Positions 49,516 to 64,000 are shown, counted from the stretch's first letter. The stretch: DNA of 64,000 nucleotides from Paraphysomonas bandaiensis (GCA_965644295.1 CBFFRP010000363.1:372001-436000), one strand, 5' to 3'. Notes: generated from the sequence alone by a model not told the origin. Made by a program: numbers and translations.

Positions 49516-51217
49516 ATGGTTCGGTGTGTAGGCAGCTGTAGTTATAGTTATAGGTATATATGCGGGATAAGGAGGAGTATCTCCACCGCTCATAGATCTG
49601 CCTACACATGGGTGGACAGACACGGCAATGAGCACCGCCATACTGCTGACTTACACAAGTTAACCAATAGCATTGATATTATATCGTGGAATATTCTAGG
49701 CATGTAGGGGATGTGTGTGGTGCCTGTCTGATGGTGTGTTGTATACAGGGCCCATACAAGGGGAGTCATCCAAACACACCTCTTATGCAACACTGGACTC
49801 CACTGCATGGACGAGACGGAGAGAGCGCATTGTCAGAGAGTTACTGACACTCAAGCCGGCTGTGTTGTGTCTACAGGAGGTTACGTCCTTGGCCTTGAAT
49901 GAGACTCTGTTAGGCGAGTTAGCGCAGGTTGGCACAGCTATGAGCTATTTGTGTGTGTCTAAAGGGCATATTTTTTCAACAGCATGGATATCAGTGTGCA
50001 GCATTTGCACCGAATAGTGATGCTATTAATTCAGTGAAGCGTCACTCCGCTCTAGGGTGTGCTATTTTTACAAGGAACGATAAGATCAAAGTACTTGCGT
50101 CGAAGCGTCTCTTTCTGCGGTACATTTTTATCCTTATTTACAATCGTGATGATTATTTGCACAGTAACTTCGTACCTCTTCACAATTGTAAATCAGCGGC
50201 GTACAGCCAGAGTGTTATGAGCAAGAAACACTCTATGGCTGTGTGCGTAGTACAAATCGTCGGCACGAATAATTGGTTCATATTGGTACTCGTCGCATGA
50301 AGAACTTACTGGTACATTGACATTATAGTGGCAGGGTAATTCTCACTTGTACTGGAACCCCAAAAGACAAGATATTAAAGCGTTACAAACGCAGGCTATA
50401 GTGAATAGTCTCTCAGCCTTCATTAATAGCATGGTACGTTGTTTTGAAGTCCTTCATTTCCTCCATTTCACTCTCAGCCTTATAGTTTCCTCGAGATAAG
50501 CCACTCCGGTCGCATCCTCTTGGAGTTGTCGTCTGTGGTGACTTTAACTGTATGCCTTACATGCATCACCATGATTCTGGGTTACCTGCTTATCCTCCAA
50601 TTCGAACCGCGCCATTCGAGATAATGCAACAAGGATATCTTGGTGTCGATCATCCAGGTATATCGCTGCAGTGAACGTTGTGTGGTATGTTTACTTTCCT
50701 CTTAGAGCACCCGGATAGCTGGTACAAAAGATTGGACGAGGTTTCCTTTAAACCAGATATTGGTATTTGTGCGAAGTTGTTTGATACTTGCGTGTTAATA
50801 TGTAAAAAAGGTCCACTTAATACACCGCATAGTAAATTGAAGTTCTCGAATATATATGAGTTAGCTGAATTCAGGGAACATGAACCGTTGTTTACAACTA
50901 AGACAAATGACTTTCAGGGATGGATTGATCATCTGTGGGTAAATAGTGACATACAGGTCCAATACATACATACATCGTGAGAACTGTTTTCATTGTGTTT
51001 TTCTGATAATCAGGTGGAACGCGTACTTTCTCCCGGAGTACGTGCTAGATCAGCAGACGTCAGAGAGCAAAACGAACGATTTCCGTTTATTCCTACTAAG
51101 GTGGGTTATAATACTCGGATTTGTGTCTCTTTAATAATGTACTTGTAGGTGTATCCTTCTGATCATCTTCCAATTGGTTGTGTTCTGTCTATGAAGCAAA
51201 ACAGAAGTGATACGTAG
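49516..51217 (+). CDS. Endonuclease/exonuclease/phosphatase (CCR4/nocturnin/PDE12-like), multi-exon
   Basis: ISWNIL, VLCLQEV, GCAIF, NSHLYWNP, VCGDFN, WIDHLW and YPSDHLPI. Confidence 0.88.
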
Positions 51218-52925
51218 ATTTAGCATACAGTATTAGCCAGACGAATGTACCCCTGAAACACTTTGTCAGTGTTTGTAAGATAAAGTGTGGATCAGGGGTT
51301 TATATGTAAAGAACATATGAAACATTACTACTCTAATATGGCGAAGGGCTACTGTGCAGGTGACTGGTGGAGAGTGGTTTAGTTTCTACGTTCTACAACC
51401 ATTACTACGTGCGGAATCCTAATTTTAGTACATATTGTATGTAAAATACATCTCCACGCAGTGTATTTTCGCCACTCACATGCTATAGAATATTTAGCTT
51501 TTCTTAAGATAAATATCGTCCTGCTACTTACTGTACATACATATGATCGAAAAAGTTACCAAGATTACGACGATACGTTTCACTCATACTGTATGTACAT
51601 CCTGTGCTGTGTGTTGTTGGGATAGTATCATGTTTATAAATTATAAACTGTATAAATGAATAAATTATGAGTTAACATACACAAAAACGACAAAGTAGGG
51701 AGTGATAAATGCAATTTGTTGTCGTTGTGTGTGTAGCTATACTTATAATTAGCGCGCAGACCAATTTCGTACTTCTTCTATATATACTAATAGAAATACT
51801 TAAGAATCTACATTTTGATGAAAACATTCGAAATTGTATATAAACGACAACATTTGTGCGTCATCACCGGGCAAATGTAAATGCTGGCAAGTTCATAATT
51901 TTTATTTTATACCCTAAGTATCCAACACTTTTAATAAGCATTATCCACATACAGAAAAGCAAAGATATAGAGTTAGACAGTCAGTCCAAGCGAGCAAGGG
52001 CCGAATCGAGACAAATCAGCTTCAAAAATAGTCGCGTCATATTGATCTAAAGCGAAAATAGTTTTTTTCTACCCATTCAAGCGTTTAGAATAGGCAATCG
52101 GCATTCGTTCTTCAGGAAGTCTTTACTTGAGATTTTTGGCGGTTTATTACATCCAATCTTCCAAATTGCCTCAGACATTGACCTTAAGTGTTTAAAATAC
52201 TCCAACAATTATCCTTTTTCTCTTTCACTTCGAAAGATATACAAGACTCCGTCCATCTGGATTCGAATTTACAGCTCTCTATCAAGAGATTAGATCCTGG
52301 GGAATAAGAGGTGCTTCCGATATAAGTACCCACATGTTCCTCTTCAGGGATTCAATACTTGAACTTCTGATTTCCAAAACAAATATCCAAAACCTTAACG
52401 TAAGACTGGTTGCACCATTGCTGAGAATGAGAGGAGTTGCTGCGTTTCACAGATACGTAAAACGAATTCGATTCTTGATTAAGTCTTACATGCAGCTATA
52501 GGTCACTTGGGATTCTGTTGCATTGTATGCCATGCACAATATATATTCCATTCGAAACAGCCGCCTTATCCCCCCAGTGACACTGATTGTCTGCATGATA
52601 TGCATTCTTACTGAAGATATCTGGCGGCTGCCGACTCTGTATTCCTCTGTATTCCGGTTATCCTGATATCATACTCTCTGATCTGTACTGATATCGTTGC
52701 GTACTGATGGACTGATATCATTTCATACACAGCAGTACACACTACAGTATACTGTACGTATACCCTGCTATACACATATGTATGTACTCGTCATAGCATC
52801 ACACAGCTGCAGTGCACTAACTGGAGAATTCATACTTAAGCTCCTGATACCGCCATTGCTATTGATATTAATACACTCGAATCACATCACCACCGCTGCC
52901 ACACCTGTGCCCCACTCAACAGGAA

Positions 52926-55113
52926 ATGAGCACACTATTATTTCGCACATGCTTGCATGTGTTGTGCCTGTGTCTCGCTATGGGGGCCATCGAGCTGTCA
53001 TGTGATGACGCCAGAGACGTCGATGTTAGTTTCTGTGATATGGTAAACTGGCAAGCGGCTCACGCATACGATGCGTCCAATTTCTCTCTGTACTATCCCG
53101 GCAATCCTTTAACAGCGGCGGAACAGGATTCATATGCGCGCGCGCTATATAAGTCCATGAGAAGCGAAGTCACGAGCACCAGACCATCCTGCAAGAACGC
53201 ACTCAAGAGATTGGCTTGTGCCAACGTCTTCTCAGAGTACGTAGTCGCCAGCCTGTCCTTTTTGGGTGTCTTATTATGTTGTTACTTTCCAGGTGTCCTG
53301 AAAGTGGCGACTCGATTTCTAGTATATCATATTTCCCCACTTGCGCCCTGCAATGTCAACTGGCAGAGAACTTCTGCTCTCAGGCTATGGACTGCTCCAA
53401 CTATACCACTGGCAATTGCATGGTCATCCTCCCTCCAGGGTTTTTCGTACTTTCTCAAGAGCAGGTGGGTACACTGCGTTAGTAAAAATACTGATAGCGA
53501 TTTAACGTTTTCTCGTACAGGGTCCTTACTACCAGCTGCCGGGGATATATGGCGCCGTGCTTGGAGCTTGGATCATCATCACTACCTACTGGCACGTAGC
53601 AGCGTTTATACTGTACAAAGACTCCTCTGTAGTGATTTGCAAGGCTATATCTACAATTCCCGTTGTCAAGGTTTGGACAATGGTTTCCGCACATGACTGT
53701 TGTTGTAACAGTTTTATTATAACGTAGGTACTGGTTCTGATATTAGGTGTGTCCTTTTGGGCCACGTGTGAGAAGTGGAAAATGTGCTCCTTCTGGCTAG
53801 GTGTCTCGCTTATCAATACACATCTTGTGTTTGAAACTGGTGGGATCATTTATAGCTGCCAGTGCTATGAATGATATAATTTTGTGTTCATGATTGCAGG
53901 CATGATGGTGTGCTTCTTACTAATTGCTAAGGGGTGGAGTATCACTAGGGACAACTTTAGCGCCAATGAGTGGCGTGGCATAATTATGTCAATGTCTGCG
54001 TTCTATATGTGTAACTCTATTATACTGGTGGGTGGAAGCGAAGCGCTACTATTCCGAATTCATAGATTGATGCATGTTTATCGTAACACAGGTTCTAGAA
54101 TCATCGGTACTTGATCAACGCGGGTTCTGGATAGCTAATACTCTGTTATATGGACTGATGTATCTCTATATTATTTTAAATGTTCAGAGCCAACTCCGTC
54201 TTCTGACAAGCCAGGTAGGTCGTTGTTGAGTATGTCATTGGCGTATTAGCTTCATAAATGTATGCTTGCTTTAGGTGCAACTACTGGGAGATGATGTACC
54301 ACAACCTATTGCTGGGCCATTGCGTATGAAACACCGGATGTACATATTTTTCCTTGTGCTCGTACTACTGAACATTTCGTTCGAGGTTCATCTGTCTCTT
54401 TGCTTAACATTCGTCCCTCATAGCCAATGTGCACCAGGTATACCTCCACTCCTTGTTGGCCTCTTCTGGGAAGATGTGGAAGGTGCTCCTAGTATATGAG
54501 GTATGAATATTGGATTTTTTGTATACCGCTCAGTTGTCAAAGGTGTCGAATCTGCTCATCTTAGGCACTGTGGGCTATATATTTAGGCCAAGGTATGTGG
54601 TTACGACTGCGTTGTATGTAGTACAGAGACTGATGATCACAGTGGCATGATTTCTGATGTTTTTTTATGATAGGGAGTATTCACCTTTCTTCTTTATGGT
54701 ACAGGCCACTATGAATGATAACAGAACAAGGTACGTGACTGTGTTTACATCTTGTGGTCGACGGTGTATGGCATACTGATTTAGTAATACGGTTGAGCAA
54801 TAATCCTGATATCTTGTATAGGCCAATACCTTTAATTGAGGGCACGGAAGACAGTGGCAACGATGCTGAAATAGAACTTTCTCCCCTTCTGCAGTCTCAG
54901 AACTCTGATCCCTCTCGTGTGTCTCCCAACACAGCGAAGATGGTTCTGATCAGAAATCCTAACAATACAATGACGGTAGGTGTCTCTGCTGCGAATTCAC
55001 ACTCCAGAGGCCCATCATTTCAACCTATGAATGTTACTGGCCCCCCGCCTCCTCCTCAGTCAGAAGAGAATAGAGGTGGTTCTAATGTAATGGATTTAGA
55101 ATTTATGTATTAG
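52926..55113 (+). CDS. Signal peptide + Frizzled-like cysteine-rich domain + GOST/GPR180-TMEM145-like 7TM protein, multi-exon
   Basis: Cys pattern C..FC..V, C..AL..LAC..VF..CP, PTC..QC...C; FLLIAKGWSITR; YIFRP near the last TM helix. Confidence 0.65.
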
Positions 55114-55787
55114 GGTTAGATGAGGTAGCAGACAGACCGAATTAGTCGTTGTTGTATTCTAGCAGTTATATTTTGATATGGTAGTAGTGCACTTCGTGTG
55201 TTGGTGAATATATACTAACTATTTAATATATGTTGTGTTCTTCCTGTAAGGAACTTTTCTTTCACCAAAATATGACTATACAGAAAATGTTTTTCATGCA
55301 AAAAAGACTTCAACGAAATAGAGAATGCGAAACAAACAAGTGAGTAGGATTTAAGTCTATATTATTATTTTCAAATTCGGATTCATGAGTAGAAGGTGGC
55401 AAAAATTTGTAAGATTGAGTAACTATCTATACTAAAACAACACAGTTCTCATATCACAGTACACTTCAGCAGTCTATCTACGGCAGATTATACTATGGTA
55501 TCGTACAGTGTATAATTTAACACCAGCCACAATACTCAACACCACACAACGAGCTACTATTGCTGGGATATATAACTGCAACCATGTAGTGTCCCTACGG
55601 TTGTCTGCTGAGCAAACAATAAATGTCTCCTTACACAAAGGAGAGAGAAAAAAGTAAAATCTAGAAGTGCATGCAATTTCAGGCACCCATAATAAGTAGA
55701 AGCACCAGAAAAGTACAAGTACATTGGTCAGCAACACTGCCAAGCTTGTATTGGAATAAATGACACAGATATGCTCGAAACCATGGC

Positions 55788-57998
55788 TCAGCGAGAGAAG
55801 CCGGGTTTGCCCTTCGGTCCCGAAAGAAATTTGTTCTTCAGGGTCCCATACGACGATTTGTTGTTGCCGCTCTGTCCATGAGTCGTGCCACTCAATCCTC
55901 TTGAAGTAGTTCGATTACTGGGAGTAGGGGCGTCACCACTTGTCCCCGCGCTCCTTGGTCGCCCACCATCTGCCGTCTACATGCAACTATGAGAAAAACA
56001 TCTGACCCGACATAGTATTACCTTTCTGCTCGCATGTCCCGACTGACCTTTTTTTCTCGCCATTCCGCCGCTCCTCTCTTCAGTACCTCGCGGCTGTTGC
56101 CGTCCGGACATAAAGAAATTGTTAGCCCAGCGGGTATGACTTCCAGATCCTCCTACCCCAGCAGATGGCTGTCCTTGTACCCTTGGCCCTGTATCACCGC
56201 GAGTATACCGGTACTGCATCACTGCTCGAGCTCCAGCGACAACGTGCTCCTTGTCCTCCTGTAAAATGTCGCACCTCAGTTACAATCCATTAGTTATACT
56301 GACCGTATGGTGCATACCTCGTTGCCATGACCCCCGTGGGCAGTATGTGGTCGTTTATCACCTCCATAGGGTCGGTTACCTGCACTCCGAGTGGTAGTTG
56401 GCGTTTTTTCATAATCTCTGTCAATTGGGGCGCTATCCACACGCTGCATAATACGTCGTACATCACCAGCAGGAGGACCCTGCCCAGGTGAAACCCACTT
56501 GGCGGAGTCTTCCCCCGCTTCCCGCGCTTTACCGGAGGGCACAGCATTACGTGAATCTCCCGCATCGAAGCCCCCTAAGTTCTTTCCTATATCGTTAGAC
56601 CCCGAGAGGCCCTGTGAAGCAGCAACGAGTGCAGCACTTGTGTTAATATCGCCCGTGCCGCCCCCACCAACCATGGTGTCAGCCTCCGCACTATCCCAGT
56701 CCCAAACTTTGCCCTACACAAAACACAAAAGCACGAATTAGAAACCTACATACGATGTAATCTGCGGTACAAGCTACAGCATACCGAATTAGCGCATCCC
56801 TGGGAGTGATATAAATCCCTGAACATTTTACGTAAAAAGGGGATATCTGGTTTGGTGTCGAACTTCAAGGCGCGTGTATATGCCTGATTACATCAAACTT
56901 AGCACGACACACTCCAAAATCAGAATTTCTCATACCAGAAACTCTCCAAACTGCGAAGGGCAACCCACACATAGCTGGGCAATCGACACCTGTTGCTTCT
57001 TTTCGAGGATTAGTTGGTACTTCTTGTGCGCACTCTTGGCCTTGAGCCCCTGCCAAGGCAGACTCCCCTTAAGGAAGTAAACGAGCACATAAGCTATTGA
57101 CTCCAAGTCATCCCGTCTGCTCTGCTCTATACCCAAGTGGTTATTAATAGATGCGTAGCGGGGTGTACCAGTCAGTGACCGCCCGTCTCGGTGTGGAATG
57201 TGTTGAAGGCTCTTAGGGTGCCTATAACGCTTGGACAAGCCGAAGTCTACACAATACACGATATTCGCCTGATCACCAGTTCCGATTACGAAATTTGCCT
57301 ACACATAGTTGGTCACATCACGACACTGAAACTGAACAAACAATCAACAAAACAGAGCGGATGTAACTATACGACTACACGACACAAACGCACCGGCTTT
57401 ATATCTCGGTGAATCAAGTGCCGCGAGTGGAAGGTATCGATCCTCTCCAGCATTTGGTCCGCCAGCTGGAGCACTGCATCACATTTACCAGTAACTCATC
57501 GCACAACTCACAGTGACAGTTGCATACATATATTTACTCAAGCACGCACCAGTTTTTAGACTAAACCGTCGACCACATCGGTTGAATAAGTCCTCCAATG
57601 ACGGGCCCAGTAAGTCCATGACCATGACATTATAATTATCTTGTGTACCGTAATGATGGACCTATAGTTATCTTAAACCCACGACTATTTAACTATACAT
57701 AAAACGTCTAACAGAAGAATAGCAGACAATGAAATAACACCAAACAGTAACGTACTTTGCAGAACCCATGACAGGAAGCGACCTCACGGTAGACTTTATA
57801 CTCATGTCGTAGCTGCGGGCAGCGGGAACCATGTTTCTCGAATTTAACTGCGACCTATACGGACCATGAAGAGATGCATGCAATGTGATGTGATACCACC
57901 TTCTCATTAGATGGTCCAACCCCTAAATATATTTCACCGAAACTTCCCCCTCCGATTCGGCGTGTTATTCGGTACTTGTTATTCACAATACTCGTCAT
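55788..57998 (-). CDS. Casein kinase I, multi-exon, with long disordered C-terminal tail
   Basis: [68 protein letters not shown] and LPWQGL. Confidence 0.95.
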
Positions 57999-58709
57999 TC
58001 AAATGCACTTTTATCAACAGTAGGTGCTATAGATACTGCTCGAACATCAACACCTTATATAGTCGGTGACGTCTAGGTTCTGGTGAGTGGAATTTAATGT
58101 GACAAGGCAAGGGTGGGGACTCAGCCAGTTACAGTATGTGGTACACAAAATGAGGGTCGCTAAATTGGTGCTATAAATTAGCATTTTTGCACTGAAATGT
58201 TTATATTTCAGAGTTTTAGCCCCAAGGTATACGTAATATCTTCAGTAGACAATTTTTATTTCAGTTGATCAAGTATGGCTGAAGATGGGCACATTGCTTC
58301 TTGCTTTCGTAAATTTTGGGAACCAAATTTCGTCCAAGAAGACATTTTTGGTATGTTCTACACTGACTCATACAGCAGTATCCGCCCTCTTCATTTTTGA
58401 GTTTCCTGCCTGGTCTTTTGAGTCCCTTTCTGAGATATGTCCATACGATCGTGGTGCTCAGCTCTTGTGTATATCTAGATATCTACATCAGTACACAGCA
58501 TTCCATATTGTTCTCATTTCACACGCCACTGCTGTGGCCGCACCATATCGTCACCCACTGGTTCCTTCATCAGCACCTCTCATAAGTACCATCTCGAGCA
58601 TGGCTGCAGCTGACATAAGCACAAAGAGGGGCTGTACTATTACGGGCCAGAACACCCCATGAATAGTCTGATAATACGCAACCGTATAGTCTGATTGCTG
58701 AGAGGTGTG

Positions 58710-59470
58710 TATTGCGGTCAGAATTCATCAGCTGCTGGCGTATGGATTATATGGAAAGATGGAAGTTGATGCGAGCAGAAACAGAAGCGTAATAATGAAC
58801 AACAGAAGACTTGGTTTCACTCTGAAGACTATGAAGATTTCCTTCAGAGAATCTCGCCCGATAATATGAAGGTGGGCTTAGAATCTTTCTTATTATATAG
58901 TTATATGTATTCGCCGCAGCAACATTCAAGATTACCTAGTCTTTGACGAATTATTTGAGTTCTGTCAAACTTATACAGGTAGTATATATTTGACTGCGAT
59001 CACATCTCGTTGACCCAGTTGTTGTTCTTAGGATGCTCCGTGAACAGGGCCTGACAGATATTGCAACCAATATCAGGCAATGCAATAACACTGCCAGGCG
59101 GAGTGCATCACTCTAGAAAAATGAGCCCGTGGGTTCTGCTACATTAATGATATTGTGCTTGCCATTTTGGAGCTTCTCAAGCACCATCCTAGAGTACTTG
59201 ATGGGGAGGAAGAGGCATTCTACACAACCCGTAGATAATGTGCATATGATATATTTTCGTGTTCACTCCTGTTGTATTTTGTGGATATCGAAGTTTAAGT
59301 TGTGAATAGATATTTATCTTTTTGGGGATGTTGATGCTCGCACCGATTATTGCGTCACGGACTGAAACTTCATGAATACTGTCGTTGTTAACATAACTCT
59401 GTGTCGAGGAGTGATGACAATATCATTTTATAAATAAGTGGACATTTTTCCAGATACAGGAGACATTCGG
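58710..59470 (+). pseudogene. Class I histone deacetylase (RPD3/HDAC1-like) pseudogene
   Basis: Remnants [69 protein letters not shown] and FFP.TGDI, with frameshifts and deletion of the DIDxHHG motif. Confidence 0.85.
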
Positions 59471-60779
59471 TAAGTATCATCATGGTAAATAGGCAACTGC
59501 TGTACAGCACGACGTGACGCAAACCCTGAAACGGTTAGGTGCCACTGCTCCAATCACCTTCAGTATCAGATGTAGCATCTGTACTCTCCATTAATATTCT
59601 TGAACTATAGTTTCAAAGCCATGGCTATGAAGATAGATCACTTGCAGTGACATCATTATGATCTTCTACATCAGACGAAGAAGATAATACAACTTGGAGA
59701 TTTTGATGTCCTGCTTTCGAAAGTTTACTTATCATTGTGGTTTCTCTCTACACTCTAATGTAATGTAATATAAAATGTAATTACATTCAAATGACTGTTG
59801 ATATCATAATTAAGATGGAAGATCCAAAAATTCAAAGTTTATATTTTTCTGCTGCAAATATGAGCTTTCTGCTGATCTTAAAAACACTTTTTTTGAGACG
59901 AAACGGGGATACTGATATAGCTATTAAAAGAAGCATCATCTTATGCTGTGATAAATAAGTTAGACTGATTAATAATTATTTAAGAGCCATATTACATATA
60001 GCTTTCCTCACTAAATTGAGTGCTAATACATGGGTAGATATCAAGATATAATCACGTTAGTATATCTGACCATCGTGATGTAAAGTTACTTTAAGTGTGA
60101 CTAAGCAATGACTATTATATCTCGAAATCCAGTAAAATGAAAAAAAACTGAGGTGGGTCATGTGAAGGTATATCAAGTATATTCTAGTTAGTAACTTACG
60201 AGCGGCATATATCACACTGTACACATAGGGTTCAGGCTACTGTGTCATGAAAGCAATCACCAGAAACTGTTTCTCAACAACATGAGGTCATTGTGAAGAC
60301 ATGTCCATCATTATCGGACATAAGAAATTCGTGTGTTGCAATGCAGACTGAGATATATATAATATCAGAGTACTTTTTATCCCCCAGTTTCAGTGGTGTG
60401 GTTAGCCCTCATGTGGACATGTAGCACCCATCCCATGTGATCATCTCACGGGACACATCCTTATGTTGCATGTCATACTATCCCAGGTCGCTTCAGGGTA
60501 AGATCTACCCTGGTGTCTGTTGGTTAGGGCGTTAGCAGCATGAGTTGGAGACTTGTGATTTAAAGTCCATACAAGTGTGTCTCTCTGCTGTGCAAGGACT
60601 CGGAATACAGTGATGTATTGTATTGTACAGTATATATACAGCAGTCTGCTGTATGTATACACACACAGAGTGTTGTATACTGCTGTAGTTCTATGCTGTA
60701 CAATGAAGCCTGAACCAGCAGAAGCGAGCGCTCAGCTTCCATAGAAGCCCCCCGAGACATCAATCCCCCTGCTGGTGCC

Positions 60780-63700
60780 ATGGAGGCCTACTTGAAATGG
60801 TTTGAAGAGGTGTGTGAGCAGTTTAATGTACAGCCTGAGGTGACGACCAAGACACTACAAGCGTTTCGTGAATCTGAAGACGCTCTGACCATATCTCAGT
60901 ATGTGCTAGGTACATATATAACCCAACCCGCTCTTATCACGCCTCACTGTAATGATCATGTGGTGTGATATATTTAGATGCATCTGACTCTGAGCAAGTG
61001 CAGTATCAAGCGCTGTCTGCTCTGCAGTACTCCTTCTTGAAGCACTGGACCAGTCTCGACAGAGTACGCCGTTCTCTTGTGTATTATTAATTATGAATCT
61101 CGTTTATGGCGCAGGAGCGAGTCTTGGCTATCCGAAATTATATATGGAGCTTAATTACATCAACAACTAAGCAATTTACTACAAGCGTCAGTAAGAAATT
61201 AATCATGGTAAGTCAGTGCATATGACAGAGTGAAATTCAGAACGTTATACGTTTTGCTCAGGTCTTTGCCATTATTCTGAAACGGAATTGGCTAAATGAT
61301 AGTCCAGACATTCGGGCTGAAGTATTTAATATGGTAAGTTGTATTATAAAATGACCACATGTACAGCCGTCTGTGATCGTATTGACAGATTTCAGCATTC
61401 ATATCTGACAACCGTCATTCACCGTCCCATATGTCGCAAGGGGCTCGTATTCTCTCTACTATAATCGAAATATTTTCGAAGAAATTTCGTGCCAAGGAAC
61501 AAATTCTTGGGTTCTCTCCAGAATTGATTATTTCTATTCACACGTCATTTCAAAAGGATCCTACGTTTAGTGGTTTAGCTGCTGTGTACCAACTCACATT
61601 GATGCTATTATCGACGTGCTTTGAGAGTACAAGGGCGGGACTGTTTTCTCATAACAATGGACTCGTAGTCTTTAATAGGGCGGTTGCTGATGCGGCAGCA
61701 GAGGTAAGTGTAGCCGATATAGTGTATGCTTTGAAGTGTGCATACTGAGTGCACTGACATCTTCTGTATTGAAAAGTGAAGGGCTTATTTGATAGTAGTT
61801 CTGGAAGTATGTATGCTTCGTGATATATTGTGTGTGGCGTATCGGCACTATCGACGACAGTATAGTACGCTGCCTGATTATTCAGTACAAGTACTATTGT
61901 CTTTATTCGACACACCATTATGTGAACGTAGATTGCACTCACCGCTGTGTTACATTGCTCTCCTTAGAACAAATTGCCTGTATTATGCTGTATTATGTAT
62001 CACTACCATCTTATATTCATGATGTATATACTCTAATTGCAGTTTTATTGCAGATATGTCTATTGGCTGTGGAGCTTTTCAGTTGGGATTTCAGCTCGAG
62101 CACTTCCACTGTCGTCGACGAGAGTTCAATGGCATCGGGTTCTTTTGAAACTAGTTCTGTCAATTTACCTAAGGAGTGGGTTGAGATTGCCGGTGGTGGT
62201 AATGTTTTTTTCACTATCCTCCAATCAGCTGTAGACAGCTACATCCAACTTCGAAATCCTATTTTAAACCCGGAGGTATCATCACATGTATGGTTTTGTG
62301 ACCTTGCAGACGGTAATGGAGGGGTATCGGATGGTACGCCTTCAATGCAGTCGATTTCAACTGCTCGACAATACTTATCCGCATTCCGACAGCTGATCCT
62401 TTCGTTGGTATCATTATCTACTTCTAATAGCGCTATATTTCCATCTAATGAAGAAAAAACTACCTATGTGGAGACTGCTATGTCCACAGTCACTCCACTT
62501 TTGAGCCACTCGATCAAAGTGGCTATCCAACACCCTGCTGGCGAGATTGGTCACCCCACTAGAGTTCCTTCCGAGTGGTTGACAGATGTTAGAGCCGAGG
62601 AAATAGAGCATATTATATATATACTGATACGACTACTGGGTAAGGACTTTGCAGTATTTTAATTTTCTAACGCTTTTATACGTTTGATCTTACCATGGTA
62701 ATCTCTGCAGTTATATATATACGTATAGACATTGCTGATAGTCGTATGAGCAATCATTGACTCAGTGTTATGTGAGAGTGCTGAGATCTTGTGTGTTGGA
62801 AACAGGCAATTTCCATTTATCCGGCGTTGGAAGTGCACCAAGCTTTGAGCCCTTCGTATTGTCATTGGGTGATGTAACCTACGGTCTTGCTACTGATATG
62901 GGCACCATAACAGAGCATAGAACTTCATTGGTCACTCAGTGTTGTAACCCGAATGCAAGTCGGAATATTACTGATGCATCAGAAATGGAATGTGAAAGTG
63001 TGTTGGATGGATGGAGGGGAGATATATTAACACAACTGCTTGATTTATGGGCTATGTTACTGGGTAAGTTCAGTGTCCCGCACTGACAACATAGTATCTA
63101 AAAACTGACCCATATTTCTGGTTCCTCGTATTGCAGCCGTGTATTTGAAATATTTTGCCCTTGTGTTAGTGAGCGTCGTGCGTTTTGGAAGTGAATAACT
63201 CGTATCGTGTAGATGACCCTATGATGCATGGTGGGGGTGACGCATCCGCTGCTGGTGGGGTGGTGGCTAGACTGAGAAGTGGCTTGACTGATATGGCAGG
63301 GCAGGTGAAAGAATGTGATGCATGTACTTTCTATCTTTGTTGTACGTGTTATCAATCACTGGGGTATATTTTTCAAACTAGTTTGTTTGAAAATCAGTTG
63401 TCAATGACAATATTTGGTTCGCGAGCCTGTTGCGTGCAGTTATATTGTGGTAGTTACTCTGTGTGTGGCTGGACAATGCCGTATATATACCACATATATC
63501 ATGTATATACAACATACACCGTAATTTGATGCCGGCTTCAGATATTTGCCAGGCTGTTCGACTGCATTATGCTGATAGCTTTACAAGACCTCATTGCCAC
63601 AGAGGACGAGGATTTAGATGAAGATCACGAGGATATTGCTCTCAGGTCGTTACAAGCAAAGATACTTTTCTTACTGGATACTTGGCTCGCACTGTTGTTG

Positions 63701-64000
63701 CATTGACTATGTTGGAAGCTACTGTTTTGTATTATCTGGAACAATAATGTGTAGATTATCATGTATATAAGTTTCATTCTCTGAGAATATTACTATAGGA
63801 ATATGGACGAGCTTTTGGGAGGTATATCGCTGATTGGTAGATCTTTGGCTCTCTGGCCGTGTCTGAATCATGTTAAAAGCCATCTGGAGCGCGCAGCCAC
63901 CGATTTCGACTCAATTTTGCACAGAATACTGTCTGGCGATGGGGGTGCTATCAGCATCAGGGAGTGTAGTCGCTTGCTAGAGATACAGAGGGTGTGCGCA
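60780..64000 (+). CDS. Importin-beta/exportin-4-like HEAT-repeat protein, 5' part (runs off window)
   Basis: F(R)ES..AL.ISQYVL..S...VQYQAL.AL.Y..L.HW and VFAIILKRNWL resemble the exportin-4 N-terminus; multiple short introns. Confidence 0.6.

Noticed and set aside
51980-52500. Possible decayed coding sequence on the minus strand
   Set aside because: No recognisable motif or sustained frame.
57660-58000. Apparently missing N-terminus of casein kinase I in the ORF track
   Set aside because: It is present as short exons ([21 protein letters not shown]; VAVKFEK) below the ORF length cutoff.

Overview
This is eukaryotic nuclear DNA, probably from a flagellated stramenopile (inferred from a multidomain p25alpha/TPPP protein, a CryptonS-like recombinase and compact ~45-60 nt introns). 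Host genes: a YnfA/UPF0060 membrane protein, tRNA-Pro(UGG), a sarcosine/dimethylglycine dehydrogenase, a TPPP-IQ protein, a mitochondrial phosphate carrier, a very large Rav1/DMXL-like protein with PDZ, SH2, DEP-like and C2 domains, an Asp/Asn beta-hydroxylase, listerin (LTN1), a WD/RING protein, a CCR4-like EEP nuclease, a Frizzled-CRD/GOST-type 7TM protein, casein kinase I, an HDAC pseudogene and a partial exportin-4-like gene. The most striking signal is a retroposon system. Four copies of a ~0.5 kb non-coding element (4037-4583, 29524-30030, 43615-44093 on minus, 44112-44577) begin at about the same point with an HDV-like ribozyme fold resembling the trypanosomatid L1Tc/ingi Pr77 signature. 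They end in a covarying GNRA-capped three-way junction that also lies at the 3' end of a young RNase H-encoding LINE (11796-13633). That LINE has inserted into the last exon of the TPPP gene with a perfect 14-bp target-site duplication. A second mobile element, an intron-containing Crypton-like tyrosine recombinase with a composite tandem array, sits in a divergent promoter at ~32.2-36.0 kb. All family assignments come from reading motifs by eye; no database searches were run.
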